This document shows, in pieces, positions 1-8,741 of a DNA stretch of 55,172 bases. The notes under the pieces are model-generated. The model was given only the letters and a program-made list of their open reading frames with translations. It searched no databases and was not told the origin of the DNA. The stretch covers positions 1 through 55,172 of the IMG/VR virus record IMGVR_UViG_3300044982_000113. The stretch is one strand, 5' to 3'. A program made the position numbers and the translations under genes. How positions within the stretch are numbered: the stretch's first letter is position 1; every line of letters begins with the position of its first letter. The stretch comes from a virus. Its lineage: Duplodnaviria > Caudoviricetes.

Positions 1-127
1 GGTGGATTGACCCCGAACGCCGTCGATAGGGATAAAACGCTCGACGCCCCCTGACGGGGGCTGAGAGCTAGATCATTTGCCGAGGAATGCTAGCATACGC
101 CGACGGATGATCATGCCTCAGATCGCC
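1..127. repeat. 127-bp exact terminal repeat, left copy (circular assembly overlap)
   Basis: 1-127 is identical to 55046-55172, and ORF 54763..55074 reads into the repeated sequence. Confidence 0.95.
46..61 (+). terminator. GC hairpin after ORF 54763..55074
   Basis: GCCCCC-TGAC-GGGGGC; near-identical copy at 801-816; no U-tract. Confidence 0.5.
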
Positions 128-244
128 GAGTATGGCTCTGTAACAATGTCGCCGATGACCTTGCCATGATGGTGTGGAGGTGGTATACGTGCATGCGCGT
201 CATATAACTGCCAAAAAGATCTTGGTCGATACCCTTCCGTCACC

Positions 245-273
245 TTGACCCGCGCCCCGTGAGGGCATAGTAT
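245..273 (+). promoter_or_regulatory. sigma70/HrdB-type promoter
   Basis: TTGACC-N17-TAGTAT. Confidence 0.8.
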
Positions 274-333
274 TTACCTATCGACGAAGGGGGAATCGCC
301 CCCGACGCCCGACGATCCGAAGGACTGATCAGA

Positions 334-786
334 ATGACGACCTACACTTCCGCCACCCTCGCCGCTGCCATCATGGGGGACGAGGCGGTCGACACCAACA
401 AGAAGGCTGCTACTCGCATCATCCGGAAGTTCCTGCGCGACGAGCTCGGCGGAGGCAAGGCAGTAGTCGGCAAGGGAAGCCGCTACGCCCTCGACTACAA
501 CAAGCGCGAGATCACCGCCATGGCGAAGCGCTTCAAGGCCTGGGAGGTCGCCCAGGACGAGGCGAAGGCGCTGCGCAAGGAGGCGCTGGAGGCCGCCAAG
601 GCGCCGGCGAAGCCCTCCATCGCCGAACTCGTCAAGCCGACTGGGGTCGACCCGCTGACTCTCTCTGACGACGAGTACGACGATGAGGAGATCGACGAGG
701 ACGACGACAAGCCGGCGACCGGCCCGACCGACGAGGAAATCGCCGCCATGCTCGAGGACGACGACGAGGACATCGAGGAACTCTGA
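334..786 (+). CDS. Early protein with putative winged-HTH-like N-domain and acidic tail
   Basis: RBS GAAGGA; TYTS..LA..I / IRKFLRD / VGKGSRY / FKAW motif shared with 47457..48005; D/E-rich C-terminus. Confidence 0.85.
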   Translation: MTTYTSATLAAAIMGDEAVDTNKKAATRIIRKFLRDELGGGKAVVGKGSRYALDYNKREITAMAKRFKAWEVAQDEAKALRKEALEAAKAPAKPSIAELVKPTGVDPLTLSDDEYDDEEIDEDDDKPATGPTDEEIAAMLEDDDEDIEEL

Positions 787-800
787 TCTGAACCGCTGAT

Positions 801-816
801 GCCCCCTCACGGGGGC
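801..816 (+). terminator. GC hairpin
   Basis: GCCCCC-TCAC-GGGGGC just after the stop at 786. Confidence 0.5.
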
Positions 817-907
817 TCAGTGGTGTGTCTGAGGCATGATCGCCTGCTGAGGTATGCTGGCATAGGCTGGCTCGCGATCAAGCCGCAGGATGGTGTGGAA
901 TGCCTCC

Positions 908-936
908 TTGACTCCGTCGCCATGAGGTGGTAGAAT
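908..936 (+). promoter_or_regulatory. sigma70-type promoter, probably leaderless
   Basis: TTGACT-N17-TAGAAT; ATG 6 nt after the -10. Confidence 0.8.
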
Positions 937-942
937 TAAGGC

Positions 943-1131
943 ATGACCAACCACCGCATTGACTCGAATCCCGCACCCTATCCCTACTTTCCCCTCGCCG
1001 CGCCGGTTCCTTGCGGTATCTGCGGCAAGGATGCGCCGGCACCGGCTTCCATCGAGATCGATCCGATGTGCAAGGACTGCTACGAAACCCCAACCGTCGA
1101 CGAACTTATGACCCTTATGGGACTCGACTAA
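943..1131 (+). CDS. Small zinc-finger-like protein (CxxC...CxxC)
   Basis: CGIC and CKDC; leaderless start. Confidence 0.75.
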   Translation: MTNHRIDSNPAPYPYFPLAAPVPCGICGKDAPAPASIEIDPMCKDCYETPTVDELMTLMGLD

Positions 1132-1249
1132 TAACCGCCGGGGGCTCCTATGGAGTCCTCTGACGGCGTTTTGACCGTTGGGGAATGCTGGCATTGATCC
1201 CAGGATGATCAAGCCGCAGAACGGCGTTAAAATCCGTTGATTTGCCTCC

Positions 1250-1278
1250 TTGACGACGTGGCGATGGGGTGGTATATT
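1250..1278 (+). promoter_or_regulatory. sigma70-type promoter
   Basis: TTGACG-N17-TATATT. Confidence 0.75.
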
Positions 1279-1316
1279 TATTACATCAACCCGATGCGCC
1301 GAAAGGACTGATCGCC

Positions 1317-1757
1317 ATGACGATCATCAATTCCACCGCCACCACTAAGGTCACCACCCTCCGTAGGCGCCGGCCGACCAAGGTCCACACCATCGTCCTG
1401 ATCATCGCCGGGGTGATCTTGCTGCCCTTCTTCTGCGCCGCGATGGTCGGTTGCGCCGATGCGGCGACCTCCAAGCCGGCGAAGATCGCGACCTACAACG
1501 ACGGTTGGATCGACGCCAGCCAGAACATGATCGACCAGTACAAGATCTCGCGGCAGGGGGTTGACACCTGCCTCGCCGGCGATAAGTCGGGGACGGCACT
1601 GATCCGCTGCATCGATGCCATCCGCAAGCCGAATGCACAGGAACTGCAGGAACTCAAGGAGGCGACCGAGACATCCGGCAAGAATGCCGATTGCCACCTG
1701 GAATGGGATGGCACTGCCAACGACCAGAATGACTGGTACGAGGCAATCTGCCGATAA
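1317..1757 (+). CDS. Membrane-anchored or exported hypothetical protein
   Basis: RBS AAAGGA; basic RRRR stretch then hydrophobic helix; paired Cys in the C-domain. Confidence 0.8.
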   Translation: MTIINSTATTKVTTLRRRRPTKVHTIVLIIAGVILLPFFCAAMVGCADAATSKPAKIATYNDGWIDASQNMIDQYKISRQGVDTCLAGDKSGTALIRCIDAIRKPNAQELQELKEATETSGKNADCHLEWDGTANDQNDWYEAICR

Positions 1758-1798
1758 CACCTTGACAATCACCGGGGGCGCATATCGCGCCCTTAGTG

Positions 1799-1856
1799 GT
1801 GTCGGGGGTTATATGTGTCGGGGGTTATATATGCCGGGGGTTATATATGGGGTTAT
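1799..1856 (+). repeat. 16-bp tandem repeat RTGYCGGGGGTTATAT x3 plus a partial copy
   Basis: Copies start at 1799, 1815 and 1831, partial at 1847, at the start of an AT-rich non-coding block. Confidence 0.9.
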
Positions 1857-2493
1857 TGGGATATAACCTAACACCTTTATGTATTCTATATGTTTCCGTA
1901 ATCATTTTGGTTTGATTAATGACTCGATATATCAAGCGACTCAACATAATGATTCCTACATACAATCAGGTTGGATATGGAAGTCACTTACGATCTGATA
2001 TCGGGTGCACATGCAATCGCGACACCTATAGGATATCCGGATGCAGGATATGGGGATATGTAGTATAGGTATTGACCCGATGTATATGCATTGTTTCTGG
2101 TATATACTATGCATATCATCTTGGTATATAGTTGGTAATGACTTGGTAATATGCATGGATGTATCCTATGTATATATGTGGTTGATCGCATGTCCATACA
2201 GGTATCATCATGGAGTCAACCGGATGTCTGATATAGGTGTTATCCATGGAATCGTCGGTTGTATCCCAGATGTGGCGCGATAGTCGTTGTAGGATGTATG
2301 TCGGATCTATGGATGAATCCGTCAGAACGTCCGTTTTGGTTGGTTAGGTCGTTACTGGTAGGTATGAACCCCCTGGGAGAATAATCCGGTATGTCCGTTT
2401 TACACCATACACAAACCATCCGGTGCCACATCTAGCGGTCTCTACCAAAAAGTTGATCCACGTATTGCCCCCTCAATTACGGGCAGCCGGATT

Positions 2494-2522
2494 TTGACAC
2501 TGTCATTTGGCCCCCCTATGAT
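2494..2522 (+). promoter_or_regulatory. sigma70-type promoter, probably leaderless
   Basis: TTGACA-N17-TATGAT; ATG at 2529. Confidence 0.85.
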
Positions 2523-2528
2523 GGATCC

Positions 2529-2918
2529 ATGACCCAACTCGAGCTGAAACGCGCCGCCAACATGCTGATCCAGAGGAACCACGGCTTCAAGTTCCCCGCC
2601 GCGCTCCTCGCCAAGCTCAACCTGAACCAGATCCAGCGGATCATGGCCATCCTGGCCGAAGGCGATCGCTCGACTCAAACAGCAACTACGCCATCTCTCG
2701 ATGAGCAGAAGCACGGTTACAGTCTACAGGTCCTGCTGGCTTCGGCAAAGGGGCTATCCGATGACCCCAAATGGCACCTCACGCTCCACCCGATGTGGGA
2801 CACCGAGCTGATCCTGACGACATTCATCGAGGCCGGCTATGTCCACGCCACGCTGGATGCCCAGTTGGGTCGGATGGGAGTCCGACTCTATCCCGGTCCC
2901 TATGACCCGGCACCTTGA
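2529..2918 (+). CDS. Hypothetical protein
   Basis: ORF with phage-like codon usage behind a consensus promoter. Confidence 0.75.
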   Translation: MTQLELKRAANMLIQRNHGFKFPAALLAKLNLNQIQRIMAILAEGDRSTQTATTPSLDEQKHGYSLQVLLASAKGLSDDPKWHLTLHPMWDTELILTTFIEAGYVHATLDAQLGRMGVRLYPGPYDPAP

Positions 2919-3156
2919 CCTTCGTGACACTGACTCGAGCAATCCCGCGGCATGTTGTATAATCTGTGCTACGTGGGTCTGTGAGGGTGGTCGTAAGTGC
3001 CACAAGTACAGTATAAGCGCTGGTGCCGTTAGAAAACGGCCTAGATGTCCCCATTGCAGGAGTGGTGGAGGACATTATGAGGCAGTTAGGCATCGTAGCG
3101 CTGAGTATCACCGATCTAGTCAGGCTAGACTGGCTTACAATCAACCGGAGGATGAG

Positions 3157-3495
3157 ATGAGTAAACCGCTTGGGCCACCGCCCGCTAAGCGAGTCGCCGC
3201 GAGGCAGCCGTCAGCGACTCACTGCCTGCTGTGCAGGGTTCACAAGGATCTTCATCCGAGGAATCCGCGGAGGCTCACTGCGGCAGGCCCCGGTGTGGAA
3301 CCCCAGGTAACGCCGCCTGAGAGCCCCTCGCCGGCGAACTTTCCGGGGGCTCACTTCTTCATTCCGGGGAACCACACTGCGTTTATCCACCGGATTCCGA
3401 TGGGTACGGCCGCGTATGCTATGAAGCCGGGTGACCTCGTGCTTCAGGTGTTGCCGAGTCATATCGTGGTCTACCGTCCGATGAGGTCGTCGTGA
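3157..3495 (+). CDS. Hypothetical protein (CxxC..H...H motif)
   Basis: RBS GGAGG before ATG 3157; GTGA overlap with the next gene. Confidence 0.65.
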   Translation: MSKPLGPPPAKRVAARQPSATHCLLCRVHKDLHPRNPRRLTAAGPGVEPQVTPPESPSPANFPGAHFFIPGNHTAFIHRIPMGTAAYAMKPGDLVLQVLPSHIVVYRPMRSS

Positions 3496-4013
3496 GAAAG
3501 ACATCTCGAATATCCCAGCCCGTGAGGCGGACATTTATACAGCCTCGAACTGGGAAACCGTCGACCCCGTTGGTGACGTTGGTACTCGGTTTGGCGCTTA
3601 TCGGGGGTGTGGAGTGGGGGGCTTGGGAGGGATTTTCGTTGCCGACGACTAGTTCGACACCGTCGGTCTCGGCCAAGCCGTCATACGGACCGCCGCTGAC
3701 GTATGGGCCCACACACAAGGCATCGGCCAAGGTGGTGCCGAGTTATTCCCAGGGGGTCATGCCGAGTTATAGTGCGCCGGCGAGGCATAAATTGACCGTT
3801 GTGATGACTCCGACGGTGTCCGTGACACCTGTGTATGTGCCGCCGCCCGTACATACGGTGGCGCCTATCCGCCCGTCCCACAGGCATACCCAGCCGGTGC
3901 AGCCTACACCGCCAAGTGCGCCGCCGGTGGGGTCAACTGGACCGAGTGATTCCGCTTCCGCGACTCGCTCAATGAGTCCGTCGCCGTCTAGCTCGGAAGT
4001 TGTCACCAATTAG
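3492..4013 (+). CDS. Membrane-anchored Pro/Ser/Thr-rich protein
   Basis: N-terminal TM helix and low-complexity tail. Confidence 0.65.
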   Translation: MRKTSRISQPVRRTFIQPRTGKPSTPLVTLVLGLALIGGVEWGAWEGFSLPTTSSTPSVSAKPSYGPPLTYGPTHKASAKVVPSYSQGVMPSYSAPARHKLTVVMTPTVSVTPVYVPPPVHTVAPIRPSHRHTQPVQPTPPSAPPVGSTGPSDSASATRSMSPSPSSSEVVTN

Positions 4014-4108
4014 TCCATGGTGACGAATTAGTAACCGTGGGGTTGAGTGCGATCGGTCCTACCCGATAGGGTCAAGCTGAACCGATGACGACCTCATGAG
4101 GGTGTGGG

Positions 4109-4498
4109 ATGGCTGATACGACCCACTGTGTTACTTGTGGACACCACAAGCGTAACCACGGGGAACCTATTGGGTGTGAGCGATGCACCGGCGGGGAGAG
4201 TAATCACCGGTTTATGTCCGCACACCAGGCTCAGGAATGGATGAACAGGCAAATGGCAGAGCCTACTGGTAGGGGTCGTATGGGGGGCAGTCGGAGCTGG
4301 GATGATGACCCTCCGATGGATGACCTGGAGATGGACATCGAGGGTGACGGAGAAGAGACTCAGTTGAGGGTCTATGCTCTTCAGATGGCCATGAAGGGGT
4401 ATGACCTCGTGACTGAGGCTCAGAATGATGCTCCGGGGCCTGAGTGGATCCTCGAGACCGCGCGACGCTACTACCGGTTCCTGAATGGGGAGGACTGA
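4109..4498 (+). CDS. Hypothetical protein with Cys/His N-domain and small helical C-domain
   Basis: CVTCGH..H..CERC; C-terminal motif shared with 16538..17095. Confidence 0.75.
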   Translation: MADTTHCVTCGHHKRNHGEPIGCERCTGGESNHRFMSAHQAQEWMNRQMAEPTGRGRMGGSRSWDDDPPMDDLEMDIEGDGEETQLRVYALQMAMKGYDLVTEAQNDAPGPEWILETARRYYRFLNGED

Positions 4499-4673
4499 GT
4501 TGGATGGTGTGGAACACTACGATAAGGCGAAGGAACTGGTGGACGTGGACTCAGCCAAGGCACTTACTCATGGTGTCTTGGCGTTGGTGGCGTTGTTCGC
4601 AGATAGACCTTGGCAGTATGCGGATGGTCATCCCCTGAAGATGCGCTGGAAGAAAGCTGCAGCTGGGGGATAG
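4485..4673 (+). CDS. Hypothetical protein
   Basis: Overlaps the upstream stop; fits the operon. Confidence 0.6.
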   Translation: MGRTELDGVEHYDKAKELVDVDSAKALTHGVLALVALFADRPWQYADGHPLKMRWKKAAAGG

Positions 4674-4725
4674 TATTTATGCTTAGAGCCTTGGGTGAGG
4701 CGAACTAGGTCGGTATAGTGATGCT

Positions 4726-5718
4726 ATGACCGATGACACAAACACCCACGGCGACGATGACCGCCACCGTGCCCAGGATAACCTGAGGCACGGTGACTGG
4801 TTTTTTGAGCAGGGCGTGGCTGAGGGCCATGCGGCTTTCATGCCCAAGCTCCCATCAGTCCCCATGGCGTACCTGAACCAAGCCTCGCTGTATGCGGCAG
4901 CCGCTGAAAGCTTGGCCTCCATCGAACACCACTGTTACCTGGTTCATCCTGAGATCAGCCACCAGGAGTGGAAGCAGAAGACCTTCCTCGACCGGTACGG
5001 GATTAGTGCCGATGAGCTGGCCTCCGCTGAGGCGAAGAGGGTCAAGGACTTTCCGCCCGGCGGCGAGTCGACCATGGCCCACAGCATGCACCCCACCTGG
5101 ATCACGCCGGAATGCCCGCACTGCAGCGGCACCGGTCACCCGTACAGCTATCGTAACCAGAGGTGCGGCTACTGCATGCCGGTGCCGGATGAGGGTACGG
5201 TGTTCAGCAAGTGCGGTGAGTGCAACCGTAAGATCTGGTGGCAGGACTGCCCGACCGGGGGTTGGTGGATCCACGACAACCATCCCGAGGATCACCACGA
5301 TGCGGTTCCCACACCCGGGTTGCTCGAGCGGGTGGAGACGATCGCCAAATTGAATGCCATCACGACCCATGAGGTCATGAAGTCGATCCAGACGGTTCAG
5401 GCGACAACTCCGATCGACCTGAACCATCTCGCCGGCATCACCGGCAAGCCCAAGTCTAACTCCCGTTACCGCCGTGAGCCAGTACCGGGTATGTTCGACA
5501 AGATCGAGCCCAAGACGGTCCACCTGGTGCCGGTCGGGGTTTCGTCGTTCACCTGTCCGACCCAGTGCTGCCGGGTTCCGATGTGCGACCTCGACCCGGA
5601 CCGCGATCTGGTGACCGAGTATGCTGACAAGGTCACCTGCCCGGACTACCTCACGGGCAAGGACAAGGTCATCGGCCACACCATCCATTCCACCATCGAA
5701 GACCTGAACAAGGACTGA
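4726..5718 (+). CDS. Cys-rich multi-zinc-motif hypothetical protein
   Basis: CPHCSGTG, CGYC, CGEC and H/C clusters. Confidence 0.75.
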   Translation: MTDDTNTHGDDDRHRAQDNLRHGDWFFEQGVAEGHAAFMPKLPSVPMAYLNQASLYAAAAESLASIEHHCYLVHPEISHQEWKQKTFLDRYGISADELASAEAKRVKDFPPGGESTMAHSMHPTWITPECPHCSGTGHPYSYRNQRCGYCMPVPDEGTVFSKCGECNRKIWWQDCPTGGWWIHDNHPEDHHDAVPTPGLLERVETIAKLNAITTHEVMKSIQTVQATTPIDLNHLAGITGKPKSNSRYRREPVPGMFDKIEPKTVHLVPVGVSSFTCPTQCCRVPMCDLDPDRDLVTEYADKVTCPDYLTGKDKVIGHTIHSTIEDLNKD

Positions 5719-5721
5719 AAC

Positions 5722-6186
5722 ATGAGCCCCAAAGAGCTGCCTCCACACGAAGAGGGCAGGTTCGCCTTCGCCGCGGCGGACTGCGACCACCAGTATGGCG
5801 AGTACATGGCCATCGAGTTCAGCGGACCGCTGAGTCGGATGATCAGGGTGCCCCGGTGCTCCGGCTGCGGCATCAACTTGTCCGACGTTGACCAGATCGC
5901 GTCGGCCATAAACCACTGCGAGCCGGACGAGCACATCACCCAGGACATGCTCGACCAGACCGACGGCAAGCTGTACACCACCTGCCTTCGGTGTGGGAGG
6001 AAGTTCTCCGAGGCGCTGGACTTCTGGGTCACTACCGAGGTGGGCACTCGGACCCTCAGCTTCCGTCGGAAGATCGACAGCCCGATCGCCCGGCACTCCG
6101 TCCACGTCAGCAAGTGGGATCTGTTCATCCATCTACTGTTCGGCCACGGTCCGCTCAACGTGTTCGTCACCACCGGGGAGAACTGA
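5722..6186 (+). CDS. Hypothetical protein (CxxC pairs)
   Basis: RBS AAGGA; tight packing. Confidence 0.75.
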   Translation: MSPKELPPHEEGRFAFAAADCDHQYGEYMAIEFSGPLSRMIRVPRCSGCGINLSDVDQIASAINHCEPDEHITQDMLDQTDGKLYTTCLRCGRKFSEALDFWVTTEVGTRTLSFRRKIDSPIARHSVHVSKWDLFIHLLFGHGPLNVFVTTGEN

Positions 6187-6605
6187 TGTTCTGGGACTAC
6201 ATCGCGGCTCTCATAGCCGTCGGCACCCTTGGGCTCATCGTTGGCTGTTTCATCGCCGAGCGACGGGAGCGCAAGCCGAAGACCTACACCTCCACCTCGG
6301 AGAATGAGAAGGTTACCGGCGAGTACCCGACCTACCTGACCCCGTACGTCGACGATACGCTTCTGCTCGAGCGGATGGATCGGGAGTACTTCAAGCGGCA
6401 CAAGCCTCACACGATGCGCCGCATGATGGTCGATCAGGCGCCGCCCGAGCAGGTCCTGGAGATGCCTGGGGTCGAGTTGGTTGGTGCGACGGTGATATAC
6501 TGCCCGCTGTGCGACACCGACTCCCACAAGTGCGCAGGGTGCGGTGAGCCGACTGCCCACGGCGTCAGAGACTGCGGCAATGCTGCCTGCTCGTCCAATT
6601 GCTGA
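6186..6605 (+). CDS. Membrane protein with C-terminal zinc-finger
   Basis: TGATG overlap; TM helix; CPLC..CAGC..C. Confidence 0.75.
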   Translation: MFWDYIAALIAVGTLGLIVGCFIAERRERKPKTYTSTSENEKVTGEYPTYLTPYVDDTLLLERMDREYFKRHKPHTMRRMMVDQAPPEQVLEMPGVELVGATVIYCPLCDTDSHKCAGCGEPTAHGVRDCGNAACSSNC

Positions 6606-6619
6606 GAGGCAAACAACTC

Positions 6620-6943
6620 ATGGCACAGGACCTCTCAACCTTCACAGTGCGACTCGACTTCAATGAAGAGGGCGAAGTGGCGGCAATAACCTACGAAGAC
6701 CTGGTCGGGTGTGGAGAAGAGCACGCCCTCGACATGGGATCCCAGCCCGATATGACTGTTCTGCAGTTGGTCAGGTATCACCTGGATCACTATGACCAGA
6801 ACCACAACGTGAGACCTCGAGTCAGGTGCGGCTATGCCATCCGAACTGAACCTTTCGCTGTCGACCTCGAACCCCGGGTGCTTCGCTGCACCCATGAGGT
6901 TCACTCAGATGAAGTCAAGCATCGCTTCGAGATGGATGCTTAA
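6620..6943 (+). CDS. Hypothetical protein
   Basis: RBS GAGAGG. Confidence 0.7.
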   Translation: MAQDLSTFTVRLDFNEEGEVAAITYEDLVGCGEEHALDMGSQPDMTVLQLVRYHLDHYDQNHNVRPRVRCGYAIRTEPFAVDLEPRVLRCTHEVHSDEVKHRFEMDA

Positions 6944-7118
6944 CCGTTACAGGAATCTAGTGATCGGCCAGCCGGTCAGAGTAGGTTGACACGATCACCC
7001 GGTAGATGCGATCATCAACATGATTCCACCGGAGCAGACCGCAAGGGCATGCTGTCCCGCTTAGCCCTCCCCGCCGGTCTGCTTCGGTGGTGTCGTAGAT
7101 ACCGAAGAGGAGGTTGAT

Positions 7119-7817
7119 ATGCCCGGTCTGAGACCCTTGAGTCCAAGGGTGATCGACTTTCGTAACGTCAAGGCTGGCCCGGAGCCGGAGGATGACGATC
7201 GTCCCCGAAACTCCCAGGGCAAGCTACTGACAGCTCGCCAGGTGAGGTCGAGGGCCCGCCGGCAACTCTTCAGGGGTGGCAAGGTCTCGGATGAGGACTT
7301 CGAGGTCTGGGCGGGCAAGCCGATCGATGAGTGGGACCTCGAGGAACTGGCTCGAGGCCGTACCAGAGATGCCAAGGGCGGTTTTCGCGGTAAACCCCCC
7401 TCCTTCATGCCGCGCGCGGTGATGGAGCGCATCCAAAGCCGGTACAAGATGCTGCTCAAGGGTCAACTTGACCAGCAGGCAACCACTGCCATCGGGGTTA
7501 TCGAGCACCTGCTCCGTAATCAGGAAGTCGATGACAAGGGCAAGCCGCTGGTACCCGCTGCCACCAAGCTCGACGCCGCGAAGTGGTTGGTCGAACACGT
7601 TGTTGGTAAGCCGGTTCAGCCGACTACCACTGACGTCTCGGTCAAACTCCAGGGTATCCTGGGTGCGGTGATGGTCAACCCAGTCATGGATGATGATCAT
7701 CCGGATATTCGAGCCCTCCCGCGCGGGTATTCTGCCGCTCACTTCGGGGTTCGAGGCGCTGCAACACCTGACGCCGACGTTCTCGACGTGGATGGTGAGT
7801 GGGATGACGATGAGTAA
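7119..7817 (+). CDS. Terminase small subunit (putative)
   Basis: RBS GGAGG; helical protein with 'TKLDAAKWLVEHVVGKP' motif, upstream of TerL. Confidence 0.6.
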   Translation: MPGLRPLSPRVIDFRNVKAGPEPEDDDRPRNSQGKLLTARQVRSRARRQLFRGGKVSDEDFEVWAGKPIDEWDLEELARGRTRDAKGGFRGKPPSFMPRAVMERIQSRYKMLLKGQLDQQATTAIGVIEHLLRNQEVDDKGKPLVPAATKLDAAKWLVEHVVGKPVQPTTTDVSVKLQGILGAVMVNPVMDDDHPDIRALPRGYSAAHFGVRGAATPDADVLDVDGEWDDDE

Positions 7818-8109
7818 CGACCGGTGCAAGATCTGCGGGGTCGAACGAGTCCCACACCAGATAGCTGAGGATAACCGCGCGACTCATCACAAGTTCTCTG
7901 AGACTGGCAAACTCGAGACACTAGATGATCCTCAGCAGCAGCCCAAGGTTCAACCTCGGATGGTCATTGCCAATGCGGTCGACGTTCAGTTGCGCCAGTT
8001 GCTCATCTCCAAGGGGGTGCTGACGTATGAGGACTTCGCGCCTCCTCGAGACCCTGGAGCTAGCTCTACCGGAGATTCACCTGCTGGGGAACCTTCGAGC
8101 CCCAGTTGA
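7810..8109 (+). CDS. Hypothetical protein
   Basis: Overlapping start; CKIC..H..HH. Confidence 0.65.
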   Translation: MSNDRCKICGVERVPHQIAEDNRATHHKFSETGKLETLDDPQQQPKVQPRMVIANAVDVQLRQLLISKGVLTYEDFAPPRDPGASSTGDSPAGEPSSPS

Positions 8110-8395
8110 GGCATGCGGCATTCTGATGGACTGTCCCCGATGGGTGGGCAGGAAGCAGAGCTACATCATCGAACTTCCGAATCGGTCACTGCACTCGGGC
8201 AGCTATGTGATCGAGCCGGGAGACCTTCGGATGGCCCTGGATGATGTCGGGGATGCTGAGGAAGTGGCCATCTGGCATACTCACCCGAGCGGGCTCATCG
8301 GGCCATCCGAGGGCGACCTCAGACATCGACTGCCCGAGATCCCGATGGTCGTTGTTGCACTAACCGATTGTGGTCCACACCCTACATGGTTCTAA
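8027..8395 (+). CDS. Standalone JAB/MPN+ (Mov34) metallopeptidase
   Basis: EACG...WHTHPSGLIGPSEGD matches the JAMM motif E-HxH-x7-S-x2-D. Confidence 0.85.
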   Translation: MRTSRLLETLELALPEIHLLGNLRAPVEACGILMDCPRWVGRKQSYIIELPNRSLHSGSYVIEPGDLRMALDDVGDAEEVAIWHTHPSGLIGPSEGDLRHRLPEIPMVVVALTDCGPHPTWF

Positions 8396-8405
8396 GGAGG
8401 TTCGA

Positions 8406-8741
8406 ATGCCAACCGGCGGCTATCAGAAGCTGACCCCGGCCCAGTACCTGGGTTCGGAATACGGCGGTGCACTGTACACCACGAACTCTCTCCAGCCTAA
8501 GGGTGAGGATGCCATAACCGCGGCTGACGAACTTCGCCTCGGTTACACCGTCGGTGACACCAGCGATCCCAGGCAGCAAAACCCGTGGATCAGCCTCGAA
8601 GATCACCGTCAGATGATGGGGCTTCGACCTGCTAGCGGTGATCGGCCAGTCTGGCTGCCTCACACCGGCAAGATCCCGCTGGCCGAGATCATCGGGGTGG
8701 AATACCCCGACGGACTTCAGCCCGAGGAGGATGAGCTGTAG
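8406..8741 (+). CDS. Hypothetical protein
   Basis: RBS AAGGAGG; abuts TerL. Confidence 0.75.
   Translation: MPTGGYQKLTPAQYLGSEYGGALYTTNSLQPKGEDAITAADELRLGYTVGDTSDPRQQNPWISLEDHRQMMGLRPASGDRPVWLPHTGKIPLAEIIGVEYPDGLQPEEDEL

Noticed and set aside
1799-1856. Tandem repeats as a CRISPR array
   Set aside because: The units are contiguous 16-mers with no spacers, and there is no cas operon
1615-2431. Short ORFs in the AT-rich block (also 53945-54846)
   Set aside because: Low-complexity I/Y/C/M-rich translations with atypical codon usage and no RBS
4855-6132. Long antisense ORFs (also 8717..9886, 13262..14419, 36304..37440, 40130..41413 and 31603..32379)
   Set aside because: They are shadows of high-GC3 genes on the opposite strand, with no RBS or motifs and characteristic V/L/D/G/H composition
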